From Tubulanus polymorphus (Eukaryota > Animalia > Nemertea): 64,000 nt of DNA. Under the pieces are notes generated by a model. The model was given only the letters and a program-made list of their open reading frames with translations, was not told where the DNA came from and made no database searches. Positions 1 to 12,555 of this stretch are shown in pieces (position 1 is the first letter of the stretch; each line of letters opens with the position of its first letter). The DNA is taken from contig NC_134025.1 in NCBI RefSeq assembly GCF_964204645.1, forward strand, positions 31,538,299 through 31,602,298. The letters run 5' to 3'. A program made the translations under genes and the position numbers.

Positions 1-254
1 ACTAACAATTCAGTTTATGTCACTATTTAATTGTCAATTCAAGAAGGGAAAGGGGGAAGGCATTAAACCTCAATATCACCCCAGCCTTAGGTCACTTACA
101 ATTCAGTTTATGTCACAATTAACTTGACAATTCAAGAGGGGAAGGGAGGGATCACTAAATCTATATTTTAACACTAAACTTTCATCACAACCAATTGTTT
201 TAGCAGTAATTTACCAACAGTGTTTTGTAAAATATAAATTTCATCAACACATTT

Positions 255-3200
255 TGAAGGTCATCAGTGTTGTAACACACTGACAATTCTGTTTATTAGT
301 CACGTTTCTACATGACAGTTGAAGAAGGAAGGAGGAGACTCCTAAACTAAATATCACTCCAAAACAGAGTGTATTAATCAACATGGCACAGCAAGCAGCA
401 GTATTAAAGGAGGTCATCAGTGTTGTAACACACTGACAATTCAGTTTGTTTGTCACGGTTCTACATGACAGTTGAAGAAGGAAGGAGGAGACTCTTGAAC
501 TAAATATCACTCCAAAACAGAGTGTATTAATTAACAACCAGGAGCAAGCAGCAGTATTAAAGGAGGTCATCAGTGTTGTAACACACTGTCAATTCGGTTT
601 GTTTGTCACGTTTCTACATGACAGTTGAAGCAGGAAGGAGGAGACTCCTGAACTAAATATCACCCCAAAACAGAGTGTATCAATTAACACCCAGCAACAT
701 GCAGCAGTATTAAAGGAGGTCATCAGTCTTGTAACACACTGACAATTCAGTTTGTTTGTCACGTTTCTACATGACAGTTCACAACCTTCAGGTGCAAGGA
801 ACCAAAGTGAAGCTATCAAACAATAGCATCTTTGAGTATAACACTTTTAAAATCCGTAATGTGATAATAATTTGCTGATACAATATATACAGAGAACCAA
901 CACCAGCATTATTTCAATGATTCAACCACCACAAAGCTATCGATGGATAGCTGTTTTGAATATTTATACATTTAAAACGTAAAGTCGCAATAAGGACGAT
1001 CAGGAAACATGATCAATCCCAATTCACCATTACAATATATACAAAGTACCAACACCAGCGACATTTCAAAGATTCAACCACCACAAAGCTATCAATGGAT
1101 AGCTGTTTTGAATATTTTTATATTTAAAACGTAAAGTCGCAATAAGGACGATCAGGAAACATGATCAATCCCATTTCACCATTACAATATATACAAAGTA
1201 CCAACACCAGCGACATTTCAAAGATTCAACCACCACAAAGCTATCAATGGATAGCTGTTTTGAATATTTTTATATTTAAAACGTAAAGTCGCAATAAGGA
1301 CGATCAGGAAACATGATCAATCCCATTTCACCGACATATATTACAATATATACAAAGTACCAACACCAGCGACATTTCAATGATTCAACCACCACAAAGC
1401 TATCGATGGATAGCTGTTTTAGATATTTATACATTTAAAACGTAAAGTCGCAATAAGGACGATCAGGAAACATAATCAATCCCATTTCACCATTACAATA
1501 TATACAAAGTACCAACACCAGCGACATTTCAATGATTCAACCACCACAAAGCTATCGATGGATAGCTGCTTTGAATATTTTTATATTTAAAACGTAAAGT
1601 CGCAATAAGGACGATCAGGAAACATGATCAATCCCAATTCACCAATATTACAATATATACAAAGAACCAACACCAGCGACATTTCGAAGATTCAACCACC
1701 ACAAAGCTATCGATGGATAGCTGTTTTAAATATTTATACATTTAAAACGTAAAGTCGCAATGAGGACGATCAGGAAACATGATCAATCCCAATGACCGAC
1801 ATATATTACAATATATACAAAGTACCAACATCAGCGACATTTCAATGATTCAACCACCACTAAGCTATCGATGGATAGCTGCTTTGAATATTTTTATATT
1901 TAAAACGTAAAGTCGCAATAAGGACGATCAGGAAACATGATCAATCCCAATGACCGACATATATTACAATATATACAAAGTACCAACATCAGCGACATTT
2001 CAATGATTCAACCACCACTAAGCTATCGATGGATAGCCGTTTTGAATATTTATACATTTAAAACGTAAAGTTGTAATGAGGACGATCAGGAAACATGATC
2101 AATCCCAATGACCGACATATATTACAATATATACAAAGTACCAACACCAGCGACATTTCAATGATTTAACCACCACAAAGCTATCGATGGATAGCTGTTT
2201 TAAATATTTATACAATTAAAACGTAAAGTCGTAATGAGGACGATCAGGAAGCAAAACTCGCCAAAACTCAATATCACCCCATAACAGAGTGTATTAATTA
2301 ACACGCAGCAGCAAGCAGCAGTATTAAAGGAGGCCATCAGTGTTGTAACACACTGACAATTCAGTTTGTTTGTCACGTTTCTACATGACAGTTGAAGAAG
2401 GAAGGAGGAGACTCCTGCACTCAATATCACCCCAAAACAGAGTGTATTAATTAACACGCAGCAGCAAGCAGCAGTATTAAAGGAGGCCATCAGTGTTGTA
2501 ACACACTGACAATTCAGTTTGTTTGTCACGTTTCTACATGACAGTTGAAGAAGGAAGGAGGAGACTCCTGCACTCAATATCACCCCAAAACAGAGTGTAT
2601 TAATTAACACGCAGCAGCAAGCAGCAGTATTAAAGGAGGCCATCAGTGTTGTAACACACTGACAATTCAGTTCGTTTGTCACGTTTCTACATGACAGTTG
2701 AAGAAGGAAGGAGGAGACTCCTGAACTCAATATCACCCCAAAACAGAGCCAGCAGCAAGCAGCAGTATTTAAGGAGAATGATTCTTGATGTTATAATGTT
2801 TAATGTGATAATTTTTATTATAATAATGTTTAATGTAATAATTCAAGAAGTTCATGGAAGGTGGTAAGAATTAACACGCAGCAGCAAGCAGCAGTATTAA
2901 AGGAGGTCATCAGTGTTGTAACGCACTGACAATTCAGTTTGTTTGTCACGGTTCTACATGACTGTTGAAGAAGGAAGGAGGAGACTCCCGCACTCAATAT
3001 CACCCCAAAACAGAGCCAGCAGCAAGCAGCAGTATTAAAGGAGGTCATCAGTGTTGTAACGCACTGACAATTCAGTTTGTTTGTCACGTTTCTACATGAC
3101 CGTTGAAGAAGGAAGGAGGAGACTCCTGCACTCAATATCACCCCAATACAGAGTGTATTAATTAACACCCAGCAGCAAGCAGCAGTATTAAAGGAGGCCA

Positions 3201-6200
3201 TCAGTGATGTAACACACTGACAATTCAGTTTGTTTGTCACGTTTCTACATGACAGTTGAAGAAGGAAGGAGAAGACTCCTGAACTCAATATCACCCAAAA
3301 ACAGAGCCAGCAGCAAGCAGCAGTATTTAAGGAGAATGATTCTTGATGTTATAATGTTTAATGTGATAATTTTTATTATAATAATGTTTAATGTAATAAT
3401 TCAAGAAGTTCATGGAAGGTGGTAAGAATTAACACGCAGCAGCAAGCAGCAGTATTAAAGGAGGTCATCAGTGTTGTAACGCACTGACAATTCAGTTTGT
3501 TTGTCACGGTTCTACATGACCGTTGAAGAAGGAAGGAGGAGACTCCCGCACTCAATATCACCCCAAAACAGAGTGTATCAATTAACACCCAGCAGCAAGC
3601 AGCAGTATTAAAGGAGGTCATCAGTCTTGTAACACACTGACAATTCAGTTTGTTAGTCACGTTTCTACATGACAGTTGAAGAAGGAAGGAGGAGACTCCT
3701 GCACTCGATATCACCCCAAAACAGAGTGTATCAATTAACACCCAGCAGCAAGCAGCAGTATTAAAGGAGGTCATCAGTCTTGTAACACACTGACAATTCA
3801 GTTTGTTTGTCACGTTTCTACATGACAGTTCACAACCTTCAGGCGCAAGGAACCAAAGTGAAGCTATCAAACAATAGCATCTTTGAGTATAACACTTTTA
3901 AAATCCGTAATGTGATAATAATTTGCTGATACAATATATACAGAGAACCAACACCAGCATTATTTCAATGATTCAACCACCACAAAGCTATCGATGGATA
4001 GCTGTTTTGAATATTTATACATTTAAAACGTAAAGTCGCAATAAGGACGATCAGGAAACATGATCAATCCCAATTCACCATTACAATATATACAAAGTAC
4101 CAACACCAGCAACATTTCAAAGATTCAACCACCACAAAGCTATCGATGGATAGCTGTTTTGAATATTTTTATATTTAAAACGTAAAGTCGCAATAAGGAC
4201 GATCAGGAAACATGATCATTCCCAATTCACCGATATATATTACAATATATACAAAGAACCAACACCAACGACATTTCAAAGATTCAACCACCACAAAGCT
4301 ATCGATGGATAGCTGTTTTGAATATTTATACATTTAAAACGTAAAGTCGCAATAAGGACGATCAGGAAACATAATCAATCCCAATTCACCGACATATATT
4401 ACAATATATACAAAGTACCAACACCAGCGACATTTCAATGATTTAACCACCACTAAGCTATCGATGGATAGCTGTTTTGAATATTTATACAATTAAAACG
4501 TAAAGTCGTAATGAGGACGATGAGGAAGCAAAACTCGCCAAAACTCAATATCACTACAAAACAGAGTGTATTAATTAACACCCAGCAGCAAGCAGCAGTA
4601 TTAAAGGAGGCCATCAGTGTTGTAACACACTGACAATTCAGTTTGTTTGTCACGTTTCTACATGACAGTTCACAACCTTCAGGTGCAAGGAACCAAAGTG
4701 AAGCTATCAAACAATAGCATCTTTGAGTATAACACTTTTAAAATCCGTAATGTGATAATAATTTGCAGATACAGTATATACAGAGAACCAACACCAGCAT
4801 TATTTCAATGATACAACCACCACAAAGCTATCGATGGATAGCTGTTTTGAATATTTATACATTCAAAACGTAAAGTCGCAATGAGGACTATCAGGAAACA
4901 TAATCAATCCCATTTCACCGACATATATTACTATATATACAAAGTACCAACACCAGCGACATTTCAATGATACAACCACCACAAAGCTATCGATGGATAG
5001 CTGTTTTGAATATTTATATATTTAAAACGTTAAGTCGCAATAAGGACGATCAGGAAGCAAAACTCGCCAAAACTCAATATCACCCCAATACAGAGTGTAT
5101 CAATTAACACCCAGCAGCAAGCAGCAGTATTAAAGGAGGCCATCAGTGTTGTAACACACTGACAATTCAGTTTGTTTGTCACTTTTCTACATGACAGTTG
5201 AAGAAAGAAGGAGGAGACTCCTGCACTCAATATCACTCCAAAACAGAGTGTATCAATTAACACCCAGCAGCAAGCAGCAGTGTTAAAGGAGGCCATCAGT
5301 GTTGTAACACACTGAAAATTCAGTTTGTTTGTCACGTTTCTACATGACAGTTGAAGAAGGAAGGAGGAGACTCCTGCACTCAATATCACCCCATAACAGA
5401 GTGTATTAATTAACACCCAGCAGCAAGCAGCAGTATTAAAGGGGGTCATCAGTGTTGTAACACACTGACAATTCTGTTTGTTTGTCACGTTTCTACACGA
5501 CAGTTGAAGAAGGAAGGAGGAGACTCCTGAACTCAATATCACCCCAAAACAGAGTGTATCAATTAACACGCAGCAGCAAGCAGCAGTATTAAAGGAGGCC
5601 ATCAGTGTTGTAACACACTGACAATTCAGTTTGTTTGTCATGTTTCTACATGACAGTTGAAAAAAGAAGGAGGAGACTCCTGCACTCAATATCACTCCAA
5701 AACAGAGTGTATTAATTAACACGCAGCAGCAAGCAGCAGTATTAAAGGAGGTCATCAGTCTTGTAACACACTGACAATTCAGTTTGTTTGTCACGTTTCT
5801 ACATGACAGTTGAAGAAAGAAGGAGGAGACTCCTGCACTCAATATCACCCCAAAACAGAGCCAGCAGCAAGCAGCAGTATTTAAGGAGAATGATTCTTGA
5901 TGTTATAATGTTTAATGTAATAATTTTTATTATAATAATGTTTAATGTAATAATTCAAGAAGTTCATGGAAGGTGGTAAGAATTAACACCCAGCAGCAAG
6001 CAGCAGTATTAAAGGAGGACATCAGTGTTGTAACGCACTGATAATTCAGTTCATTTGTTACGTTTCTACATGACAGTTGAAGAAGGAAGGAGGAGACTCC
6101 TGCACTCAATACCACCCCAAAACAGAGTGTATTAATTAACATGCAGCAGCAAGCAGCAGTATTAAAGGAGGTTATCAGTGTTGTAACACACTGACAATTC

Positions 6201-7100
6201 AGTTCATTTGTCACGTTTCTACATGACAGTTGAAGAAGGAAGGAGGAGACTCCTGAACTCAATACCACCCCAAAACAGAGTGTATTAATTAACATGCAGC
6301 AGCAAGCAGCAGTATTAAAGGAGGTCATCAGTGTTGTAACACACTGACAATTCAGTTCATTTGTCACGTTTCTACATGACAGTTGAAGAAGGAAGGAGGA
6401 GACTCCTGAACTCAATACCACCCCAAAACAGAGTGTATTAATTAACACCCAGCAGCAAGCAGCAGTATTAAAGGAGGCCATCAGTGTTGTAACACACTGA
6501 CAATTTTGTTCGTTTGTCACGTTTCTACATGACAGTTGAAGAAGGAAGGAGGAGACTCCTGCACTCAATACCACCCCAAAACAGAGTGTATTAATTAACA
6601 TGCAGCAGCAAGCAGCAGTATTAAAGGAGGTTATCAGTGTTGTAACACACTGACAATTCAGTTCATTTGTCACGTTTCTACATGACAGTTGAAGAAGGAA
6701 GGAGGAGACTCCTGCACTCAATACCACCCCAAAACAGAGTGTATTAATTAACATGCAGCAGCAAGCAGCAGTATTAAAGGAGGTCATCAGTGTTGTAACA
6801 CACTGACAATTCAGTTCATTTGTCACGTTTCTACATGACAGTTGAAGAAGGAAGGAGGAGACTCCTGAACTCAATATCACCCCAAAACAGAGTGTATTAA
6901 TTAACACGCAGCAGCAAGCAGCAGTATTAATGGAGCCCATCAGTGTTGTAACACACTGACAATTCAGTTTGTTTTTCACGTTTCTACATGACAATTGAAG
7001 AAGGAAGGAGGAAACTCCTGAACTAAATAACACCCCATAACAGAGTGTATTAATTAACACCCAGCAGCAAGCAGCAGTATTAAAGGAGGTCATCAGTGAT
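255..7100. repeat. Composite satellite: 153-bp unit A, 152-159-bp unit B and two short linker modules
   Basis: Unit A (AGGTCATCAGTGTTGTAACACACTGACAATTCAG...) has period 153 (411 to 564). Unit B (..AGCTATCGATGGATAGCT..) has period 152/159 (1030, 1182, 1341). Linkers recur at about 781/3832/4672 and about 2770/3325/5880. Confidence 0.95.
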
Positions 7101-8224
7101 TTTTAGCAGTAACTGACCAACAGTGTTTTGTAACACTTAACTTTCATCGCCACCAATTGATTTAGCAGTAATTGATCCACTTTCACTTCACTTTTATCAT
7201 AGTTTGTAATTCGCTGCATTCAATGAGCAATTTCAATTTTTTTTCTATTGAGGAAACCACAGCAAAAAACTAAATGTATACAAACAATGAGTGTCTTATT
7301 TAATTGTTGATGAGAGAGGAGAGAGAGGAGGCATGTACACCTAACACAACGTTTAAAACTCAATATCACAACCAAAACAGAGTTGAATGATAGCAAGCAT
7401 CAGCAACATCAAGTTTTCAAATAAGGAAGTAATCAGTATTGTAAGTCACATCTATTTGACAATTCAAGAAGGCAAGGGAAGGAGAAGAGACTCCAAAACT
7501 CAATATCACCCCTAGAACAGAGTGGAATGAGCAACATGCAGTAGCAAACAACAGTATTTGCCGTAGTAGCAAACAACAGTATTTGCCGTTTTTAAAGGAG
7601 AAGAAAGGAGTATCTTCTGTATTTGATACTCGTTTGATGTCATAGCAAGGCCATTACCGGGAGTTATAGAGAACAAAAGGAGAAGCCATGCAACCAGAAG
7701 ATTTTAATTGTCTATGATTTTGATATTGTATATAAAAATGGCACGATATATCACCTCGTAGCAGAGGAAGGAGGTAGAACAACCGCAAGATCAGTACATC
7801 TATCAATGTTTCATTACATGTATCATTGTTTCAAGACACCAACTTTCAGTGTTTTGTAAGACTTAACTTTCATTACCACCAATTGATTTAGCAGTAATTC
7901 ATCCACAGTGTTTTGAAACTCGTAACCTTCAGATTTGTGTCTTACTTATTTCGTGATGAGAGAGGAGAGAGAGGAGTCTTGTAGGAAATGTAGCCATACA
8001 CCTATCAAAGCTTTTTTACAAATGCAAATCAGTTTGTTCGAGACTATGGACGTTTGTTGCTGGAGGAGACAAACTGTATTCCAAATTGAAACCCTTTTAG
8101 TTTTTAGCTTTTTCTCAGAGAGATCGAACCCACACGACGTCTGGCAAAGGCTTCAAACATTTTGATAACTGTTCGCGTAGAGCCAATGATAAAACCAGCA
8201 TTTATCATCATCAAACCAGAGCTG

Positions 8225-9190
8225 AAAACTGCAAACCAGTGAGGGGAAGTATGCACAATCATTGAGATGATTGTTCATAGCTGCAACCAATGGAGTGAAC
8301 TGTGACCAGTGAGGGGAAATTAATTTTCAAACCAGTGAGGGGAAATGAGCTCAACCAATGAGATGATTGTTCATAGCTGCAACCAATGGAGAGAACTGCA
8401 ACCAGTGAGGGGAAAGTATGCACAATCAATGAGATGATTGTTCATAGCTGCAACCAATCAAGTGAACTGCAACCAGTGAGAGGAAATTAATTTTCAAACC
8501 AGTGAGGGGAAATTAGCTCAACCAATGAGATGATTGTTCATAGCTGCAACCAATGGAGAGAACTGCAACCAGTGAGGGGAAGTATGCACAATCAATGAGA
8601 TGATTGTTCATAGCTGCAACCAATCAAGTGAACTGCAACCAGTGAGAGGAAATTATTTTTCAAACCAGTGAGGGGAAATTAGCTCAACCAATGAGATGAT
8701 TGTTCATAGCTGCACAACCAATCAAGTGACAACCAGTGATGGGAAAGTATGTACAATCAATGAGATGATTGTTCATAGCTGCAACCAATGGAGTGAACTG
8801 CAACAAGTGAGGGGAAAGTATGCACAATCATTGAGATGATTGTTCGTAGCTGCAACCAATCAAGTGACAACCAGTGATGGGAAAGTATGTACAATCAATG
8901 AGATGATTGTTCATAGCTGCAACCAATGGAGTGAATTGCAACCAGTGAGGGGAAAGTATGCACAATCGATGAGATGATTGTTCGTAGCTGCAACCAATCA
9001 AGTGAACAGCGACCAATGAGGGGAAATTATATCTCAAACCAGTGCACAATCAATGGGATGATTGTTTTTGGCTGCAACCAATGGAGTGAACTGCAACCAG
9101 TGAGGGGGAAGTATGCACAATCAATGAGATGTTTGTTCATAACTGCAACCAATGATGGTCAAGCATATTGCAAACCAGTAATGGTAAAGT
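8225..9190. repeat. CCAAT-rich minisatellite, ~70/96-bp units
   Basis: Core GAGATGATTGTTCATAGCTGCAACCAAT at 8264, 8360, 8431, 8527, 8597, 8693, 8762, 8833, 8900 and 8971, with degenerate copies near 9055 and 9126. Confidence 0.92.
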
Positions 9191-9664
9191 TTACTCAATC
9201 ATTTACAAACAAGTGATAGTTAAATACACTTGCAAGCTAACAGATCAGAGATCTCAGGAAGCAACGTCAATCCAATCCTTATTTCTTGACATATGATATA
9301 AAATGCTCTTCAGCCTGTGACAAAATGTCTTCGATGTTATATGCTTATTACTATATGCTTAACTAGAATCTTCTTTCAAATATCAATTCAAAATGAGGAG
9401 GGACTTATCTAATGTAATGGTATCAATGCTACGAATGTATGTGAAAAGTGAAAAGTAATAGTTTGAAACTAAGATTGAATGCATTCATTCTGTTGTATTG
9501 AATAAAGTGAGATCCGATGAAAATTATGAAAAAAAGAAAAAAACAAACTATCTACAAATTTACAATATTTACAGAAAATTAAAAAGAGAAATAAAAACTA
9601 CTATTTACAAATTTACAATATTTACAAGAGAAATAAAAACTACTATTTACAAATTTACAATATT

Positions 9665-9672
9665 TACAAGAT

Positions 9673-9703
<31 letters not shown>

Positions 9704-10010
9704 GGAGAGTGAGGAGAGAGAGAGGAGGGAGAGGAGGAAGGATGAAGGAGAGGGGTGAGAGGAAGAAAGGAGAGAGGGGAGAGAGTTAGTGGGTTAGAGA
9801 AAGAGGAAGAGAGAGTTAGTGGGTTAGAGAAAGAGGGAGAGAGTTAGTGGGTTTGAGAAAGAGGAAGAGAGTTAGTGGGTTAGAGAGAGAGAGGGAAAGG
9901 ATAGAGAGAGGGAAAGGATAGAGAGAGGAGAGGGAAAGGATAGAGACAGAGAGGGATAGAATAGAGACAGAGAGGGAAAGGATAGAGAAAGGTAGAAAAA
10001 GAAGGGGTGA
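9665..10010. repeat. GA-rich low-complexity tract
   Basis: Purine-rich GAGA/GGA runs with GAGTTAGTGGGTTAGA repeats. Confidence 0.9.
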
Positions 10011-11029
10011 TAAAAATGATAAAACATATGATAAAAACAATAAAACATATGGGTAAAAACGGTTAAAAAGAGGCAGTTTAACGTCATACCACAGGACAAA
10101 TAGATAAAAATCACTGATAAAATGTATCGATAAAACGTATTGTTTCAAAGAGGCAGTTTCACGTCGTACCACAGGACAACTTGTAAATAGAGGAACACTA
10201 GCTATACTACTTATATGTTACTAGGTACAGTATTTTAGACAATTCTATAAAATTGTATAATTATTTCAACCTCTTCAATACCAAATATCAATTCGACAAA
10301 AAGTCATCTTTGAAAACGTTCGTATGAAATAAAACAACAAAACATAACGTAGCATTGAATTAATATTAATGTTATCAGAAGCTGAAAATCTGAAATCAAC
10401 CATCAGCCATAAATGAGGAGGCGGGACTAATGCAATGAAATAATATCAATGCTCCAAACTTATAGGTTAAAATCTTGTTAAAACAAAAGATGCAACAAGT
10501 GATATCAGGATCAAACTTAGATTAAATGCATTCATTCTGTTGTTTTGAATATTGAAATTATTCAATAGAAATAAAAATATTGATTATCAATTAAATCTAT
10601 ATGAAAATCTGCACTAAAATAGTTCGATTTGATGTATAGATTTTATGAAGTTTAGAAAATCAAAAACATTTAAGATTATATTTGAAATGTATAAATAATC
10701 ATTAAAATCCAAAGTTAAAGAGATATCTCAAAGATAATTTACAAGTAGAAATCAAAATCAATAAAAGAATCTAAAAAGAAAGATAATATATATGATATAT
10801 ACAAATAAAAAGCTATTTAAAAATTTACAACATGTACAAGTACGGATAAAATTTGTCGATCAATTTGATGAAATATTCTATATTTGTCAATCATAATCGG
10901 AACCCAAGTGATTTCAGAATGGAATAACTGGGCCAGGCCAATCACTCACTCGATGATCATCAATTACTGGTACTACACAAAATAATAATGCCGCCTATTA
11001 TGTTTGGCTTTTTGAGTGTTGATATGTAC

Positions 11030-11390
11030 ATCGATACATCCTCAATCACCAGGGTTTTATTGCCGCCCACCGGCACTCACGCTTACACAAACTCTGGTCA
11101 CAAACCCTTCATTGGTCTCTTACATTGTCCAAGATATCTCGTGTCGACAGGTTGCTGCTAAGCGGCCACCAGTCTTTACATCTAGTCAATCAGATGTGTA
11201 GCGAATCTGCGAAAAACAATGCATCTCATTGACTTAACACATAGACTGGTGACCGCTCAGTGGTAACCTGTCTAACCAAGGAATCTTGAGCAATGAAGTA
11301 GACCACTGAAGAATTGGCAGCCGGGATTTATGTTGGCATGAGCTTCGGCAGACGACAATTAAAACCTGGCAAGTGAGGATGATATTGACA
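11030..11390. other. Long imperfect inverted repeat (fold-back), ~170-bp arms, ~17-nt loop at 11201-11217
   Basis: Left arm GACAGGTTGCTGCTAAGCGGCCACCAGTCT vs reverse complement of right arm GACAGGTTACCACTGAGCGGTCACCAGTCT; outer CATCCTCAATCACCAGG vs CATCCTCACTTGCCAGG. Confidence 0.85.
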
Positions 11391-11666
11391 TTGAATGAAA
11401 AAGCTGCATGAAATGTGTACGAGAACCTTGATAGCAGTGAAAAAAGATAAAAACAAGGGGTGCAGGAAGACCATGCCCTGGATCCTTAAAATTAAAATTA
11501 ACATTATGTTTCAATAACTTGAGAGTAAATTCATTACTAATTAATCTAATTAAGTGCAAGTTCATCTAGAATTTAAATCATCTATTCTATAACCCGTGAT
11601 GTAATTATCAATAACAAGAAAACAGGGGGTAATTAAAACTGGTGTTAACGCTAAAATATTTTAAAC

Positions 11667-12555
11667 AAATGACGAATTTACCCTCAGTTCATTCATTGTT
11701 TTAATGATGATCCTGAGAGTGATTTCAACAATGATGAATTTACCTTCAGTTCATTCATTGTTTTAATGATGATCCTGAGAGTAATTTCAACAATGATTAA
11801 TTTACCCTCATTTCATTCATTGTTGTAATGATGATCCAGGGAGTGATTTCAACAATGATGAATTCACCCTCAGTTCATTCATTGTTTTAATGATGATCCT
11901 GAGAGTAATTTCAACAATGATTAATTTACCCTCATTTCATTCATTGTTGTTATGATGATCCAGGGAGTGATTTCAACAATGATGAATTTACCCTCAGTTC
12001 ATTCATTGTTTAATGATGATCCTGAGAGTGATTTCAACAATGATGAATTTACCCTCAGTTCATTCATTGTTTAATGATGATCCTGAGAGTGATTTCAACA
12101 ATGATGAATTTACCCTCAGTTCATTCATTGTTTAATGATGATCCTGAGAGTGATTTCAACAATGATGAATTTACCCTCAGTTCATTCATTGTTTAATGAT
12201 GATCCTGAGAGTGATTTCAACAATGATGAATTTACCCTCAGTTCATTCATTGTTTAATGATGATCCTGAGAGTGATTTCAACAATGATGAATTCACCCTC
12301 AGTTCATTCATTGTTTAATGATGATCCTGAGAGTGATTTCAACAATGATGAATTTACCCTCAGTTCATTCATTGTTTAATGATGATCCTGAGAGTGATTT
12401 CAACAATGATGAATTTACCCTCAGTTCATTCATTGTTTAATGATGATCCTGAGAGTGATTTCAACAATGATGAATTTACCCTCAGTTCATTCGTTGTTTT
12501 AATGATGATCCTGAGAGTAATTTCAACAATGATGAATTTACCCTCAGTTCATCAC
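11667..12555. repeat. 61-62-bp tandem repeat, about 14 copies
   Basis: Unit AATGATGAATTTACCCTCAGTTCATTCATTGTTTAATGATGATCCTGAGAGTGATTTCAAC. Confidence 0.95.

Noticed and set aside
255-7100. Hammerhead ribozyme in satellite A (minus strand has CTGATGA and GAAAC)
   Set aside because: Stem II cannot close, the triplet before the only possible stem I is GUG rather than NUH, and many copies have CTGATGG.
7640-7860. ATG-less + strand frame containing KILIVYDFDIV, reminiscent of polB exonuclease or HAD motif I
   Set aside because: Only a short motif; no start, no further motifs, no splice support.
8225-9190. CRISPR-like array (constant ~28-bp core with variable intervening DNA)
   Set aside because: The intervening segments are related to each other rather than unique spacers; eukaryotic context, no cas genes.
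9816-10172. Hydrophobic Leu/Ser/Phe ORFs
   Set aside because: Mostly a translation of the GA-rich low-complexity tract.
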